Positions 1 through 13,492 of a stretch of 64,000 bases of DNA are shown piece by piece. This DNA comes from Cenococcum geophilum (Eukaryota), in contig CP158635.1 in assembly GCA_050273025.1 (NCBI GenBank), positions 11,470,001-11,534,000 on the forward strand, given 5' to 3'. The notes beneath the pieces are model-generated. The model was not told where the DNA came from, made no database searches, and saw only the letters and a list, made by a program, of their open reading frames with translations. The position numbers and the translations under genes were made by a program. How positions within the stretch are numbered: position 1 is the stretch's first letter; the number at the start of each line of letters is the position of its first letter.

Positions 1-1071
1 AGGTGGTTATCCAAGGTCCAGAGCAACGTAGCGCGCTTGGAAACGTTACCACAGCTATCAACCCCTTTTCCTTCGACCGCGTGTTCGGTCCTCAATCACA
101 AAACGCCGAGGTGTTTGAGGAGATTAGCCAGCTAGTGCAGAGCGCGCTTGATGGCTATAATGTGTGCATTTTCTGCTATGGTCAGACTGGTTCCGGTAAG
201 ACTTTTACCATGTCCGCCGCTGACGGTATGATTCCACGAGCCGTGCAACAAATCTACGCTGAGGCCACTCGACTTGAAGAAAAGGGCTGGAAGTATAAGA
301 TGGAGGGCTCTTTTGTTGAAGTATACAACGAGAACCTCAACGACCTCCTTGGAAAATCGGAGGACCTGGACAAGAAGAAGCTCGAGATCAGACATGATAC
401 GGCGAAAAAGCAGACTATTATCACAGATGTCACGGCTGTGCTGCTTGATGGACCTGAGCGCGTTCATGAGATGCTGAAGAGAGCGACCAATAATCGTAGC
501 GTCGCGGCCACAAAGGCTAACGAGCGCTCCTCGCGAAGTCATTCGGTGTTCATCCTCAAGCTTCTGGGCAAAAACAGCATTACCGGAGAGAGGAGCGAGG
601 GTACTCTCAATCTAGTTGATTTGGCAGGCAGCGAGAGACTCGCTCACAGTCAAGCTACGGGAGAGCGCCTCAAGGAGACACAGAGTATCAACAAAAGCTT
701 GACATGTCTCGGGGATGTCATCAATGCACTAGGGAATGCGAAGGAGGGCTCCCATATCCCGTACCGGAACAGCAAGGTAAGTTCATGCTGGGCTCCGGCA
801 GCTCTTAAAGTTATGAGGAACAGCTTGCTAATGCTCATTCCAGTTGACCTACCTCCTGCAGTATTCTCTCGGTGGCAACTCGAAGACGCTCATGTTCGTC
901 ATGATCAGCCCACTCCAGGCGCATCTGAACGAAACTATTACGAGTTTGAAGTTTGCAACAAAGGTATACCTCGAATCTTTACTCTTGTCGAACGTCAAAA
1001 GCTAATTATAGCCATAGGTGCACAACACGCACATTGGCACAGCCAAGAAGCAGACCAAAACCAAGGACTAA
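1..1071 (+). CDS. KAR3: Kinesin-14 (C-terminal motor) protein, 3' part; 5' end outside window
   Basis: Motor motifs [17 protein letters not shown] (P-loop), NERSSRSH (switch I), LVDLAGSER (switch II), HIPYRNSK. The motor ends at the C-terminus, as in kinesin-14. GT-AG introns 777-843 and 964-1017 restore [19 protein letters not shown]...[17 protein letters not shown]; stop at 1069-1071. Confidence 0.9.
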
Positions 1072-1776
1072 ACACTTTTGCATGCACGGCCATCTATTTT
1101 GCGTTTCTAAACGGTTGGATTGGGTAATAGCGTACGATATTACCAGCGTAGCAAGAAAACGCGCTGTTGGGTACCCCTTGAGCGCTTCATGTATCTCTTT
1201 TTTTTTTCCGGCAGCGAATCGAAGCGTCCAAGTCGGCTTGCTTCACTGACTGGCGTTTTGTCTAACGATTGGGCGTCCTGGGAGGAAGGGGAAGAGCCTC
1301 AAATCGGGCTCGGCTTTGCTGTGCTTATTTTATGTGGCGGCGGTTTTTCGGTGTTTTCAGGTACGGATTTTTGGGTTGGGGGATTATAGTAGGTGTGAGA
1401 TGGAGGTAGGATGAATTGTAAACATCTTGACTATTTAATTCGTCGTTTGCGGGTGGGAGTGAAGGGAGTAGGTGGAATATGCGGGAGATGTTGGAGGAGT
1501 TTGACGAACACCGGCTTAGATATAAGAGCCGCAGAGAGTACCAGAAGCTCGAGATTACTATGATACTAGGACGAGACTCGCCGTACTCTTACCAGCTTTA
1601 GTTCCCTCGTCTCCACATATTCTGCTCGGACGCCCGAAACGGCGGGAAGACGACACGCCCAACTCCACAAACCAGAGCATCCAAGATGAGCCGCCTCCTA
1701 CACCTCCCCTCCACGACCTACAAACCTCCTAGTTCTCCTATCACCCTTCCCATTCACACCATCCCCCTCTCCACCA

Positions 1777-2784
1777 CTACAGCCCAAGCCCGAGCCCCAA
1801 TCGCAACGGCAAGCAACCCGCCCACCACGGCCACAGCACCCGCCGCCCACATCACCATACCGCCCGGAACCTCGGCGCGCCTCCCACAGCATCTCCCCCC
1901 AGTATCAGTGCTCCAAGGCTCTCCAGCCCCCGCCTCGCCGCTGGCGTTGGTGTCGGACCCGATTGCGCGGTCTGAGCCATCATAGCGGCGGTCGTGGCTG
2001 TAGCAGTACCAGCACCAGTAGGGTTTGGTTGGTGCGTTTTTAGTTGGGAGTTGTGTGAGAGAGGGGAGTTAGATAGTGTTTCAGGAGTAGCAAGGAGAGA
2101 GGGGGAGTTGGAGGGAGTAGAAAGGGGAGGGGGGTAAGAAGGAGTGCGGGATAGAAGGGGAGGGGATAAAGAAAATAAGGCAGCTCACCCTTCATCCCGC
2201 AAAAAATCACGCAAGCTCTCAGAGAAAGTATCCAGTCGACAGATCCGTCTAGCCCCGAATATAGCAATCCTGACACTCCCCCCACGTCGTCGCGCCGCAC
2301 AAAACCACCCCAAATCAGCACACTCACTCTCACCAAAGCCCCCCCTTCCCTTCCCTTCCCTCCCCTCTCCAGCCCACCAAAAAAAAGCTCAGGTCGCAGC
2401 AAGGGGGAAGGTGGTAATAGTCACCCGCAAACCCTTCACATCCCCGGACTCTCTGCACCGCGCGCACATGCCTGAAACGCCCCGCTCAAGCGCAATCGTT
2501 CGGGTCCGCCAGCCCGCCGATGGTCCTGTAGCACGCCTGCAGCGCCGCGGACGTGCCGCTGCACTTCGGGTTCGTCTAGCAGATCTGTGCGCCCGGCGGG
2601 TTCGGCGCCGGAGAGGTCGTTGCGGCTGCGGTGGATGTTGAGGCGGCGTGTGGATGCATGCTGGGTGAGGTGGTGGTGTTGAAGGTCCAGAAGGTTTGAT
2701 GGCCGGTTGGGAGGATGGTTGCGGTGGTTGTGGTGGTTGTCGGGATAAGGGTGAGGAGGAGGGGGAGGGGAAAAGCAGCTTCAT
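1777..2784 (-). pseudogene. Probable decayed gene for a secreted Thr/Ser-rich, Cys-containing, GPI-type surface protein
   Basis: ATG at 2784 gives MKLL; a frameshift then continues FPLPLLLTLIPTTTTTTA (signal-peptide-like) and a Thr/Pro-rich stretch. A Cys segment PGAQIC*TNPKCSGTSAALQACYRTIGGLADPNDCA* has in-frame stops. A hydrophobic tail ...GGMVMWAAGAVAVVGGLLAVAI(fs)GLGLGL* lies near 1777-1870. Exon structure uncertain. Confidence 0.4.
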
Positions 2785-3519
2785 GGGCGAGTGTGTGAGG
2801 TTGAGGATGTCTAGACGCAGAAGGTGGATGGAATGGATGAGAGGTTAGGAAGTAGGTAGGAAAAGTAAGGTTTTTGCAGGGGGGTAGTGGAAGAGAAGGA
2901 GTATGCACAAGAGATAGACCCTCTCAACACCGAAATACCCAAGAAATAGAATAAGGAGTGTTGCGAAGACGAGTCTGGCGTATACAGCAGAGAAAGATGC
3001 TGCACCAATTCACCGCAGCAAAGAGCAAGGCTGACCAATCACCAGCATGCGTCGCAGAAACCCCGGGAATATATATGATCCGACTAGTAATAACACTTGA
3101 TGCTCTGGTCAAGCATGACGAAGAAGATTCACGTTCAAAGAACTGAAAAGATAGAAATAAACAGATGCAATTTTGAGTAGAAATTGCAAATGAATGCGAT
3201 GACTCTGGAGAACCCGAAAAAAAGCAGAGGGAAAAAAACAGGTACGGTATGTCCAATTTTTAGAATAGCAGATGAACGCCCAAAATGCCTACAACGAGGT
3301 GCCTCCATTTCAGTCTATCCAAGAATAATACTCGTAAAAATAGCGAGTTAAAATGGGTTTTGGCCCGTCAGAAACACGAATGGTATCACATCATGAACAG
3401 GTTAGAAGCCGACCGTAGCCCAATTCCCCCTCCTCCACTCTTCCTACCAAACCAATCAAATCGAATCGAATCCCACCCAATCTAATCCAGTTCAATTCAA
3501 TCCTTCTCCTCAAACAGAA

Positions 3520-4311
3520 TTAAAAAATCTCCAAGCCTTCAAAATCCACACAGAGATTCCGCTGCGTGACGCTGGGCCCGCCGTGTCTCCGCTCATACTG
3601 CGTCGTGCCGAAATTGGCCGGTCTGGACGCATACACGCCGACGCGGACGGCCTTGTCCTCGACGCCCCAGAAGAACCACGTCACCTCGCGCAGCTTCTTC
3701 CAGCCGGAGACCTCGTCCTCGTACCAGATCCAGAGGGCGTAGCCGATGCGCTCGATCTTGACGCGCAGGTCCAGCCGCCGCGCGTGGTGCGGCGGCAGCG
3801 CCGTCAGCGCCCAGTCCGCCCCGTCCGCCGTCGCGCATACCGACGTCGCGTGGCACGCGTTGTTGCAGAACTCCAGCCCGACTTTCACCCACTTGGATGC
3901 TGGCGCTGGCGGCACGTACGCTGGCGGCGCGTCCCCCTGTGCCGCTGCCGCCGCCCCCACCACTGCTGCTGCTGCTGCCACCACGCCCACTCCTGCTGTT
4001 GTAGATGTTGCTGCTGCTGTGCCCGTCTGCGCTGCTGACCCACCAATGCGCCCCGGCGGCGCGCCTGCGAATATCACCAGCCCGCCCTGATCCCATTCGA
4101 GCTCCCAATCGGCCGAGACGGTAACTTCGGCGGCGATAAAAGGGTTGCGCAGCGCTGTGTAGAGGATGGGGGCCGTCGATGTATCACGAGAAGGGGGTTT
4201 CCGCCAGAGGTCCGTGTTCGGTGGTGCCGCAAGGGTGAAGGATCCCATCCATTCTGGCACAGCCGACGGCGGGATGTTGAGCGCCGTGAAGGACGAACTG
4301 TCAGGAGGCAT
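3520..4311 (-). CDS. DUF1349 (Ree1-like, beta-sandwich) domain protein
   Basis: Intronless 263-aa ORF with TDLWRKPP, EWDQGGL, WVKVGLEF, DWAL, LREVTWFF and VGVYASRP motifs typical of fungal DUF1349 proteins; Ala-rich low-complexity insert. Confidence 0.75.
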   Translation of the reverse strand: MPPDSSSFTALNIPPSAVPEWMGSFTLAAPPNTDLWRKPPSRDTSTAPILYTALRNPFIAAEVTVSADWELEWDQGGLVIFAGAPPGRIGGSAAQTGTAAATSTTAGVGVVAAAAAVVGAAAAAQGDAPPAYVPPAPASKWVKVGLEFCNNACHATSVCATADGADWALTALPPHHARRLDLRVKIERIGYALWIWYEDEVSGWKKLREVTWFFWGVEDKAVRVGVYASRPANFGTTQYERRHGGPSVTQRNLCVDFEGLEIF

Positions 4312-7300
4312 GGCCTCTCGCTCTCTCTTTGTTTCTCTCTATATCCCTCTCTCTATCTCTCTTTCACTCTCGCTTTGCGGGTGGGAGTGAGAGGGGAGGT
4401 GAGGTGAGGCGAGGCGAGGCGAGGCAAGGGGGGGAGAATTGGAATTGATTGTAACGCGGGGAAAAGAAGAGAGGTGATGGCTCGGGTCTCTCTCGCGTCT
4501 CGCTCTCGGGGCGCAGCGATCAGTGTCCCGGTATATGTATACCCCGCCCAGAACCCTCGTTGTAGTGGGCGTTTACGACGGCGTGTACGACGTGCTTTCA
4601 AAGGTCATTCGCTTCCTGCGTCGTGGTGGTGGCAAGGATACCATATGTAAGCTGACGGCGCGCAGGGTATGTTGAAAAATGGCTGTGAGACAAAATCAGA
4701 TCTTGCCTAGGATGATGTGGGAGGATTCCCGCCGGCCGTGTTTCCGATCTGAGGAGATGCGGATGGTGTGCCCTATAGCTATGCCCGCATAGAATTAGTT
4801 GATGGCTTTTATGGCTTTATGGCTTTATGGCTTTTCTAAGTCCTGGTTATGTGATGGCTGTGTAGTAGTTATTACTGGCTGCTGTAACTCGAGGGCGAGC
4901 TTTAGGCTCATGTCATGATCGAATGCTTCTTGCTTTGCTCGCGCCAACGCCCACCAATGGCCGGTGGTGCTGGTGATGCTGGTGGTGCTGTTGGTGCTGT
5001 TGGTGCTCTACAGCGCGCCGCGTCCTGCCCACGGCACGCGCGCGCGCCAGAGAGTCGTCAGGTTTTGCGGCTTACCGGCTTAATTGGTCGAGGCTTGCAC
5101 TCCGAGAGCGGACAGAGAGAGGGCAGGAAGGGCCAGTGCAGAAATAGAAAACATTGTCTCAGACTTACCTACAGACGGAGCCCTCGGACTGACGTGATTA
5201 TCGTGATTACCGTGATTATTGAGCATCAAGGTAGCCCGCAGAGGTGAGAAGTAGGAATGGATATAAATATTTCATTTCCACCTCCATGCCTGCGCGCTCA
5301 CGCGCCCCCAACACACTTGGCCGGGCGTGTGCGAGGCGGTTCGGGCGAGCTGAGCCAAACCGCCACCGCGCGCGCGCGCACCCCTTCAACGACGACGATG
5401 ATTACGGCGACGCGCTCAGGCCGGGGGGGGCGTCAGGGCCATGCGGGAGCCCCATGGAATCATTGACTGTTGGGACGTCATCCTAGAAGGAGTGGGAAAA
5501 TGTTGCAGGAATTGTGGAATGGCAGAAGAGCATTTGTCGACGTCGCGATGCGCTGCCCGGCGCGCCTGAAAGGGAGTCGTCTCATGAGTTGCATGAGTTG
5601 CATGAGTTGATCGAGTTGCAGCAGAGGAAAAAAACACTCGCGACCCGCTACGTGGCAGCCAGGTCGAGCAGGTTCGAGCGACTCAAGCAGCAGCAGAGAC
5701 GGCCCATTCGCGACGCTGGTCCTTCGACAAAGCGTGCCCTCGTAGAAAGGTCGACGATGATGGGCGATATGCAGCCCAGTCCAGCATGCCGTGCGTCGAG
5801 GAGGGCTGTTGTGGGATCAGCGACGGATGAGCTGTCTGCCGTTACACAGCCAGGGGGAAGCGGCGATGGATGTTCTGCAGCGCGCAAGGGGCTGCAATAT
5901 GCCCATCATGCCGACGCCGCAGCCCCCCAAAACCTACCTCGACCCAATCGATGCCCTTGACTGCCCTCGAGTACAGTTGGATTACGCGATTACGGAAAAG
6001 TCGCCGCTAGGGCTGGATCACAAGAGAATGTGTGCTGTCCCGCCTTTCTCTACTAATCGCCAAGCCGCAAAGCCAGCCTCTAAACTCCCCTTAAGCCCTC
6101 CCTAAGCACTCCCGAGCAGGCAGAGTATAGGGATACTGCACTCTCTTCTCTCACCGACAGCATCTCTGATCTCCTGAGCACTTCGGGTCTATACTTAGCC
6201 AATGACTCTGGGGCGAAATGCGAAAAGGTACACCAGAGCCAACCTTATGACGAAAGGTGCAGGAGAAAAAAAAAAGAAATGATCCCCTGAACGGTCTTCG
6301 CTGTACAGGACGCTCACCGACTGAGATGCGGCACAATGCTTGCTAGTCGGAGCATTATTAAACACCGAACATGCAAAATGCAGTCAGTCGTACATGCTCG
6401 TTTCTCTTCATTCATTGCACCACTTGTTCTTTCTTTGCATTTCAGGGGTAGATAAATTTAGACATTCGAAAAAGCCGAGTGTTATTGTTTTTCTCTTCTG
6501 CTTATCTTTCTAGGAACTTGAGTTTAGAATGAATGCGAACGCTCAATGCTGTGGAACACCGATCCAAATCCAAGCGCCTGGTCCCAATGGCCGGATTGCC
6601 TGAACGAGCTGTTCCAGAGAACATCCATCGCCTTGCTTGAAAAAGACTCGCTGAAATACTCATCACAAGACTCTCTCGCCATCTCTAATAAGCATGTCAG
6701 TCACGAAATCATGGGTGCTACAAGTGCCACATCGCTTTTGCCACCATCGCCACCGCCCGGGTGCCTTATTACATCAGCCAAAAATCTCCTCGTTCCGCTT
6801 ACTCGAACATCAAGATTGAAATCTCAGGCAACGATATTTTTAGCCCCTGAACTCCCCATCTAGAACTATGTAGGACTGCTTGATCGCCGGTCAACCGTAT
6901 TTAAGGAGTTCCGACGGCATCTTCGGGTTAGCTGCATATCTCGTCCCTGAGTTCTGGTAACCGGTTCTGACCTGCATTTATGTTGTACTCCACAATCTGC
7001 GGCTGAGGCTGAACGTGCTCCACGTTGAACATCGATTACATCGCCACTGCCGGCTACCTTTTGTCCTGCCACAGTTTCCTATTCATTCGCTTATAGAAAA
7101 GTTTGTTGTAGTCTCTTCGATGTACCTTGTCGTGTGACGGTCCCCGCTGGAGAGATCGAACGGTTCGTTGTTGTCAGTCCAGCCAAAAAATCCGGAGTTC
7201 ACGCCGGTGCAACCATGCTTGTGTCACGAGTATGGTCGGCCCATCGCCATGTAGTGCACTAACGGTTGCCGAGAAAGGTGAGGTTCCGAGCACTCTAGGA

Positions 7301-9501
7301 AACGCGACATAATTCAAGTGCAGAAGTCGGCAGCGGCGGAAAGATCCCTCTCGCAAAGACGTGTTGCCGCGAATCCCGAATTTGCATCTCCTCATAACTA
7401 GCAAGGACGTTAGCACAGCCGTCCCACGTCAATTCAATCATGTGTTGAGACGTTAGAGGAGCCAGCATGCCAACTATTGGAAGAAAAAACACTTATCGGA
7501 CGCCAGGTGTGTTTGTTACCTAATCTTACAAATTTGTCCATACTATTAGCAGACGTTCACGATGGTTTTGAATTAACAATCCTGCCTATTTTGATTCTGT
7601 CTGATACCTAGGTGCGGCATTTATTTGCTTCTTAGGCGGCAGTAGCGAGTAGACGTGGTCAATGTGCGGCGTTCACCTAGAAAGCAATTATCATGCTTCC
7701 AGTGAAAGATGGTGACGTGTCAGGCATTTAGACCGCCTGTAGGCCTCTCCATATGCTCCAAGACTACGTATGTCTCCTGGGTAGGATTGTGAGACTGATA
7801 ACGGACGCCTAATCGATCATCGGTAGCCGTTATTACCTCAAATATTACATCTTATCTTCTCCTTGGAAGCTAGATGCGAAGTCGAGTTGGATACATCTAT
7901 GCGCAGTCAGAATTCGGTCGAACGCACAGAGATCCTCACGTCGGGATGATTCTGTTGGTAGCAAAACAGATTTTAATGTTGTGAATTGTCCAAACGTCAA
8001 TGCCCTACATTACAGTTTGACGACTGTAGTAGTGGAGCTACAGCGCCTCTCTTACAGCAGGTTCGTGAATGCCATTCCCGACTTTGAAAAGCTTGGGCCA
8101 TTCGGTGAGACCTTAGAAAACCAATGCTTGGATTGGTGGTTAGGTCGCGAGGCGAAGTAGACGATTTGTAGGAATGGTATTGATTTTGTGTAGAATTGGT
8201 CTTTGAGGAAAACAGTGAGCTCTAGACCCTGAGTTTACTCATCAGTCCTTTTGACGATATCAGAATGAAGGTGATGGATAACCGTCTCAGACAGCCAGCG
8301 AACATTGCCTTCCAGTCTCAAGATACCAAGCCGTGCTGGTAACCCGAGCATTCAGCGCACTCACGACGGTCCTACGGCTTGAGATTAATATCGCTCGATA
8401 TTCTCATGTAGAAAACGCGCGGGATGGACTGAACCCTGCGGGAAGAAAATTGAAGTCATTTAGCAATATGAATTATGCGCGTGGGAAGCGGCAATTGCGG
8501 GATGCTCAAGCAGGTACCGAATGAACCGCACAAGTCTCAATTTAGCGGATATCAAAGTGGAAAGTGCAATGCGGTAAATGGAGAGTGACGGGTTGAATGG
8601 AACGACCGACGATAATGCATTGATGCGGGACAGCAGCATGCAGAGAAGGCTACAGAGTCAGCGCTCAACCAGTCATAGGGAAGTCATGAGAGCATTTGTC
8701 GGCCCGGACTGACAGCTCGGGTTGTCGTCATTTCACTTTAGTTCGTTTTCTTCCTAGCTTCTGCAGGCATCCCCACACCCAGCATCCGTAGACCGGACTT
8801 GGCATCAGTTGCAATTGGCTTCTCTGATTCTTTTGGAGTAGGTCGATTGGATGTTAGTTTTCCGGTCTCAGTCGTACAATGTGGTCATCTAGGGATCCAA
8901 TAAATCGCGAGTCCCAGGGTTATGCGGGTGGCGAGTTGTCAAGGCAGGGAAAGAAGTAGCGCAAAGCCCACAGAAGCGACGATCTCGTAGCGACCAGGCG
9001 TATTTAGTGCTCTGAGGAAGTCGCTCGTCTCTGCCCACGCGATACGGTTTGAAGGCCCACAAAATACGGATCAATCATTTGTTAGGTGGAGAACTAGGAT
9101 TGTTAGGTCTCACTGCAGTGCGCGGAATACTAGGACTGCACACGTGAAAAGCGCAATCAAGAACAAGAATTGACGGAAAAATTTAGTCAGACGCTAGTCC
9201 GACATCTTGATATCATGTAGTGTCAATAGAGTGAGGGCCGGGGGGAAGGGGACTTGTCCTGGTTAAAGGGATCTCCAAATAACCTCCAATTGCCGAAAAT
9301 TCAGAGCGGGAGATTGGTCAGATAAAGAAATACGGGCAGCTTATGCCATACTCCGGTCCCCTAATTGGATGGGCGTTCAGAATTGCTCGCGAGAGCTTTA
9401 GGCAATTACCGAAGACTGGAAATGAAATGCATGATCGAGTCTAGAACCAGAAATCGGCTCGTGCCAGATGTCAGAAGCTCCTCACCGGGTCCTAGGATAA
9501 C

Positions 9502-10527
9502 CTATCCACCCCGCACAACATCCTGCTGGTCATGTTTTCGATATACGCTTATCCGGCGCGGTAATTCCTCGGACATAGCAAAATGAAAGAGCCCATGCTG
9601 TTCCAATAGTTCGGTGAATGATGTTTCAGGTCGATGTTTTATTCGCTTAAGATTCTCCCTGAAGTGCGGAGATTTCTTGGGGCCCACCGCCTTCTCGTAT
9701 GATTTCCATGGCTGGATCTCAAGCACGAGGTAACCGCCTTCCACGAGCGATGAAGCGCACTTTTTGAAGAAGGCTTCCAAGCCCCCGTCCAGGTGCTCTA
9801 GATGTATCCATTTGATGACGCTCAAGGCGAGAAGGACGTGGAAAGGGCCAGAAGTGGCCGGGTTGTTTGACACAGCCCAATCTTCGCAGACGAATGTCAC
9901 TTCAGGCCATTGAGATGGAGAAATAGCAGAATTAAACGTTTGTGCGATGGCATCCCTACTCACTAAATGTTGGGATCGGTGACCGTGCTGGAGCACCGCG
10001 GAGATGGGAAAGTAATCTGTAGCTCTTGCGGTCTCGTGCGTGGCAGGCCGAACGCGGGAGGACCGAAAAGAGAGATGGCTGCGAGCTTGTTTGATCAGGT
10101 TCTCGTCGATGTCCACACCCGTCACGGAGGCAGCATCGAAGTTGAGGGCTTGAGAGGTCAATATCAAAAAGCCAAACATTAATCGCTTGGGTATTGGCAG
10201 GGTTATCCCAACACGGCCAACACACTTACCAAGTTGGACGGTGACAGCTCCAGCGTTGCAGCCAATGTCCCCTACTTTGCTGGCTCTGAAGATATCCGGG
10301 ATCAGGGCTTCAAGCAGGCACAGACGGGGGTCTTTGACATGTGGTGAAGAAGGAGAACCCGGAAAATGGCGCGCGACGCCTTGGTATCCTGGGGGCATGG
10401 AATATGCCTTGGTCAGCGGTCGGGCTCTCGAACAGGGTTTGATTATGCCAACGATAATTGCAGTGACGGACCGTTCTCCAAATGAAATAATGTTCCACTC
10501 ACCCTCATAGTTGCCCCAGTCAGTCAT
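9502..10527 (-). CDS. Bin3/Bmc1/MePCE-family RNA methylphosphate capping SAM methyltransferase
   Basis: WGNY start, DPRL, SAM motif DIGCNAG, GVDIDENLI, LSVIKWIHL, EIQPWKSYEKA. Two in-frame GT-AG introns (10502-10389, 114 nt; 10229-10149, 81 nt) are hidden inside the 341-aa ORF. Confidence 0.85.
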   Translation of the reverse strand: MTDWGNYEGEWNIISFGERSVTAIIVGIIKPCSRARPLTKAYSMPPGYQGVARHFPGSPSSPHVKDPRLCLLEALIPDIFRASKVGDIGCNAGAVTVQLGKCVGRVGITLPIPKRLMFGFLILTSQALNFDAASVTGVDIDENLIKQARSHLSFRSSRVRPATHETARATDYFPISAVLQHGHRSQHLVSRDAIAQTFNSAISPSQWPEVTFVCEDWAVSNNPATSGPFHVLLALSVIKWIHLEHLDGGLEAFFKKCASSLVEGGYLVLEIQPWKSYEKAVGPKKSPHFRENLKRIKHRPETSFTELLEQHGLFHFAMSEELPRRISVYRKHDQQDVVRGG

Positions 10528-13492
10528 GCCTCGTGTCCTTGGGAAGTTTGCGGCAATGGCGCTGATCGCCGTCGGGAGTTTTCCGGATAGTGTCGATTGT
10601 TGTAAGGTTGCAGTCGAAATTTGCCTGGCGCGGTCTCAAACAGCAAAGCTCTTGGCCCAAGCCTGGGTGCATCGGGCTGAACCGCACGAGGTTTGCGGGA
10701 TAGGAAGCAAAACAAGCCCTCGCCTAAGGAAGCCCTCGCTTCCACTCGCCAGCACTTCCGAGTGCTTTCCAAAGTCCCCCACGGGCGTTGAAAGGCCTGC
10801 AAGCAGCCGTCACATAGCGTGAACTTCCCACGGGCCTGCACAATCCGTCGGCGGGACGGATGTGGGCGAATGTGGGCGGGTCCAGCTGCAGCTGCAGTCT
10901 TGACAGCAAAAAAGCATTGAGCATTTTGCTATCAGCTAATCCTAACCTGAACCAAACCGACCGGGCTGGGGGGAAGAATCACAGGAGGCAGAGATTGCCC
11001 ACCTCTGATCGACACGAGGGTCTCCTTCCAAAGACAGCCTTGTACCTAACCTTTTCTGCAGCTCAGCAGTTTCAATAGTTTGCCAAGCAAGGAAAGTGAG
11101 ATGCAGGGGAGCCGAACTGGTTCGCAGGAGGGTGCATGGCGGTTCTGCTTCCAGGCTGGAATTGATCATGGCAATGAGGATTCCCAGCCATACACGGACG
11201 CTTCGGGATGCGCACGACAGGGTGTGGCCAACGTCTCGGCTGAAAAGGGAATATGCCACCGCTAAGAGTTGCCAGCGAGCACGATTAAGCTTCTGTGAAT
11301 CTGGCCGCTCCGCCACGGCCGAGAAAAGCAATCTAAGGCAGGCGGGAGCTCGTTGCCAATCCTCTTGCCTCCCGAGACAGCATCCATGCATTGCACATCT
11401 GGGAGAAAGATATCCCATGTGCCCCGTGTATCCCATGACTGCTGAAAGCCTCCTCTCACTCGCCCGGAGCATGTGCCGCCCCCGGAAACAGCATACATCG
11501 GCGGCGGTGATATGTCGCATTCGCCAACTTCCACACCTGCTGTCTCTGACAACTTAAAATTCGAGCATTGCGAGGACTGTGCGAACCTGGTCAGCCACAG
11601 CAAAGCATTCGCCTTCCTGGCCGTCAACTGGCCGCCGCACGCTATGCAATTAGACGATCGCCTGGAGCTGCGCAGCCGATTGGAGGCGAGATATGCGAGG
11701 AACGAGGTGTTTCACACCCACCGACTTTGCCGATGCCTTCGATTGCTCTTCGATGCCTACCATGCCGTCCTCTGCCCAGGCTGGGATGCATGAGATACCG
11801 GACCCCAGGATTCAGGCAGCTTGCCGTCAGACGTCCGAGATGGAGCTATCTCTCTCCGCTGCATGACGGCCGTTGTCTGCAGGGCCCAAAAACCTGGGAC
11901 ACGGTGACCGAGGCAGAGTGCGTTGTAGGAAGAAGGATTTGCTGGTGGGCTGGCCATGGTCGCACAGACGGGACGTTGACGAGAGGCCGCTGACATGGGC
12001 ATGGCATGGAAGTTGGAGCGGATCCGAGGCCGCACGGCCTTTAAGCATCGGCAGAGGACATGAGCCCTGCGAGCTTGATGCTCAAGAAGCCCTGCGATCG
12101 CCTTTAGCCGCGGTCGGCGGTCTCATCCAACGGCGTTGATTCGCGCATGGCTGGCGGTTGAGCCGTTGACAGATCGCTGATTCCTGGTTCTTGATGCAGC
12201 CACGGCCGGCGCAGAATACCCCCCGGCCTTGGTCCAGCCCCTCAGCCATTCGTGTCCTTGGTGCTAAGCCAGGCCGTTTGGGAACTGCTGCCGCTTCGAG
12301 CATATGATGCCCGAGGGCGAGCTTGTCGACCTGTCCTGCTATACCACCGCTTTGCCCATCCCCCTCCCCCACCACTGCTTTTCCCTCCTCCATACCCGGC
12401 GCGCTGGCCAACGCCTCCGTCCCCTCCCCCCTTCCGCCCGCCAGCACGGAAAACCAGGCGGCTGGCTGGCTGGCTGGCTGGTAGGGACGCCTCGATGCTA
12501 CCTCAGTGCTGTGCCCATGTACGGAGTTACATGCTAATCTATGCGATAATTGCTCACAAATTGGCTGCGGTCGGGACACATTGTGATACGCCTCTAGGGT
12601 GCTGCAGCACCGACTGATTTGAAACACTCGCTTTACCCGTCCCCTTCGCGGTTTTGCGAAACCTGGGGACAGCCCTTTGTTTGCGTTTATCCGGTAGCAA
12701 CCTTATTTGGTCAGTGTATTTGGGGCGTGCGAGACGAAAATGCGTCGCTGCGCCTGCACCACCACCGGCTGCTAGGCCTTGTTGCAAGCTGCCATCGCCA
12801 GCAGAGGCGCCCTCTCGACGGCCATTCGTGCAATTCGTGCCATTGTTTGCTCCGCTAGGCGCGCCCGCCCTTAGCAGCCCTTACAAGCGGGCAGCTGGTG
12901 GGCAGTGCGTTGCAGGATAAAGCCTGGCATAATCCTGACCAAGCCCAGCGATTAACGTTTTAACGACTCTCACGCCTCAGTCCTTCCACGGCCCTGTCCC
13001 GGCGCCCATATCAACCAAGTCCCACTCCTGGGTCTCTGGGGATTACACCCCGCCAAGCACCCGGGTCCTCGCTGCTCCAATTGAGTGAGGCTATCTAGTG
13101 GGAGGCCCGCCTGGTTGCCTCCTCCAGCGTTGCCGTCGCAGATGTCTGGCGTGAGGTTTTGTCAAGCGTGCAATCCCTCCCCGGAAGCATTCGTCTGAGC
13201 CCGGAAAGCCGACGTAACTAAAAGAGGCCCGGGGCGGGGCGATCTCGCTGTTGACGATCCAGAGTGCCAGATACATACATGGTTGCTACAAGGGGCCACT
13301 CTTACCTATAAACCTCCAGACCGCCACACTCGCGGCAGTGTTCCAGTGTTCTAATATCCGCCATTTGTCAAACCGCCGCACTCCCTGGGTCTGCTCGGCC
13401 TCCCATCTTGAGCCTCTAAACTGGTCACCAGGCGGAGCTCCAAATGCGGCTTCGTGCATCGTGTCCTGCCGCGGACAAATAATAACACACGC

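Noticed and set aside
777..1127. C-terminal part of the 374-aa kinesin ORF
   Set aside because: Read-through into an intron and the wrong frame; splicing restores the conserved motor end with a stop at 1071.
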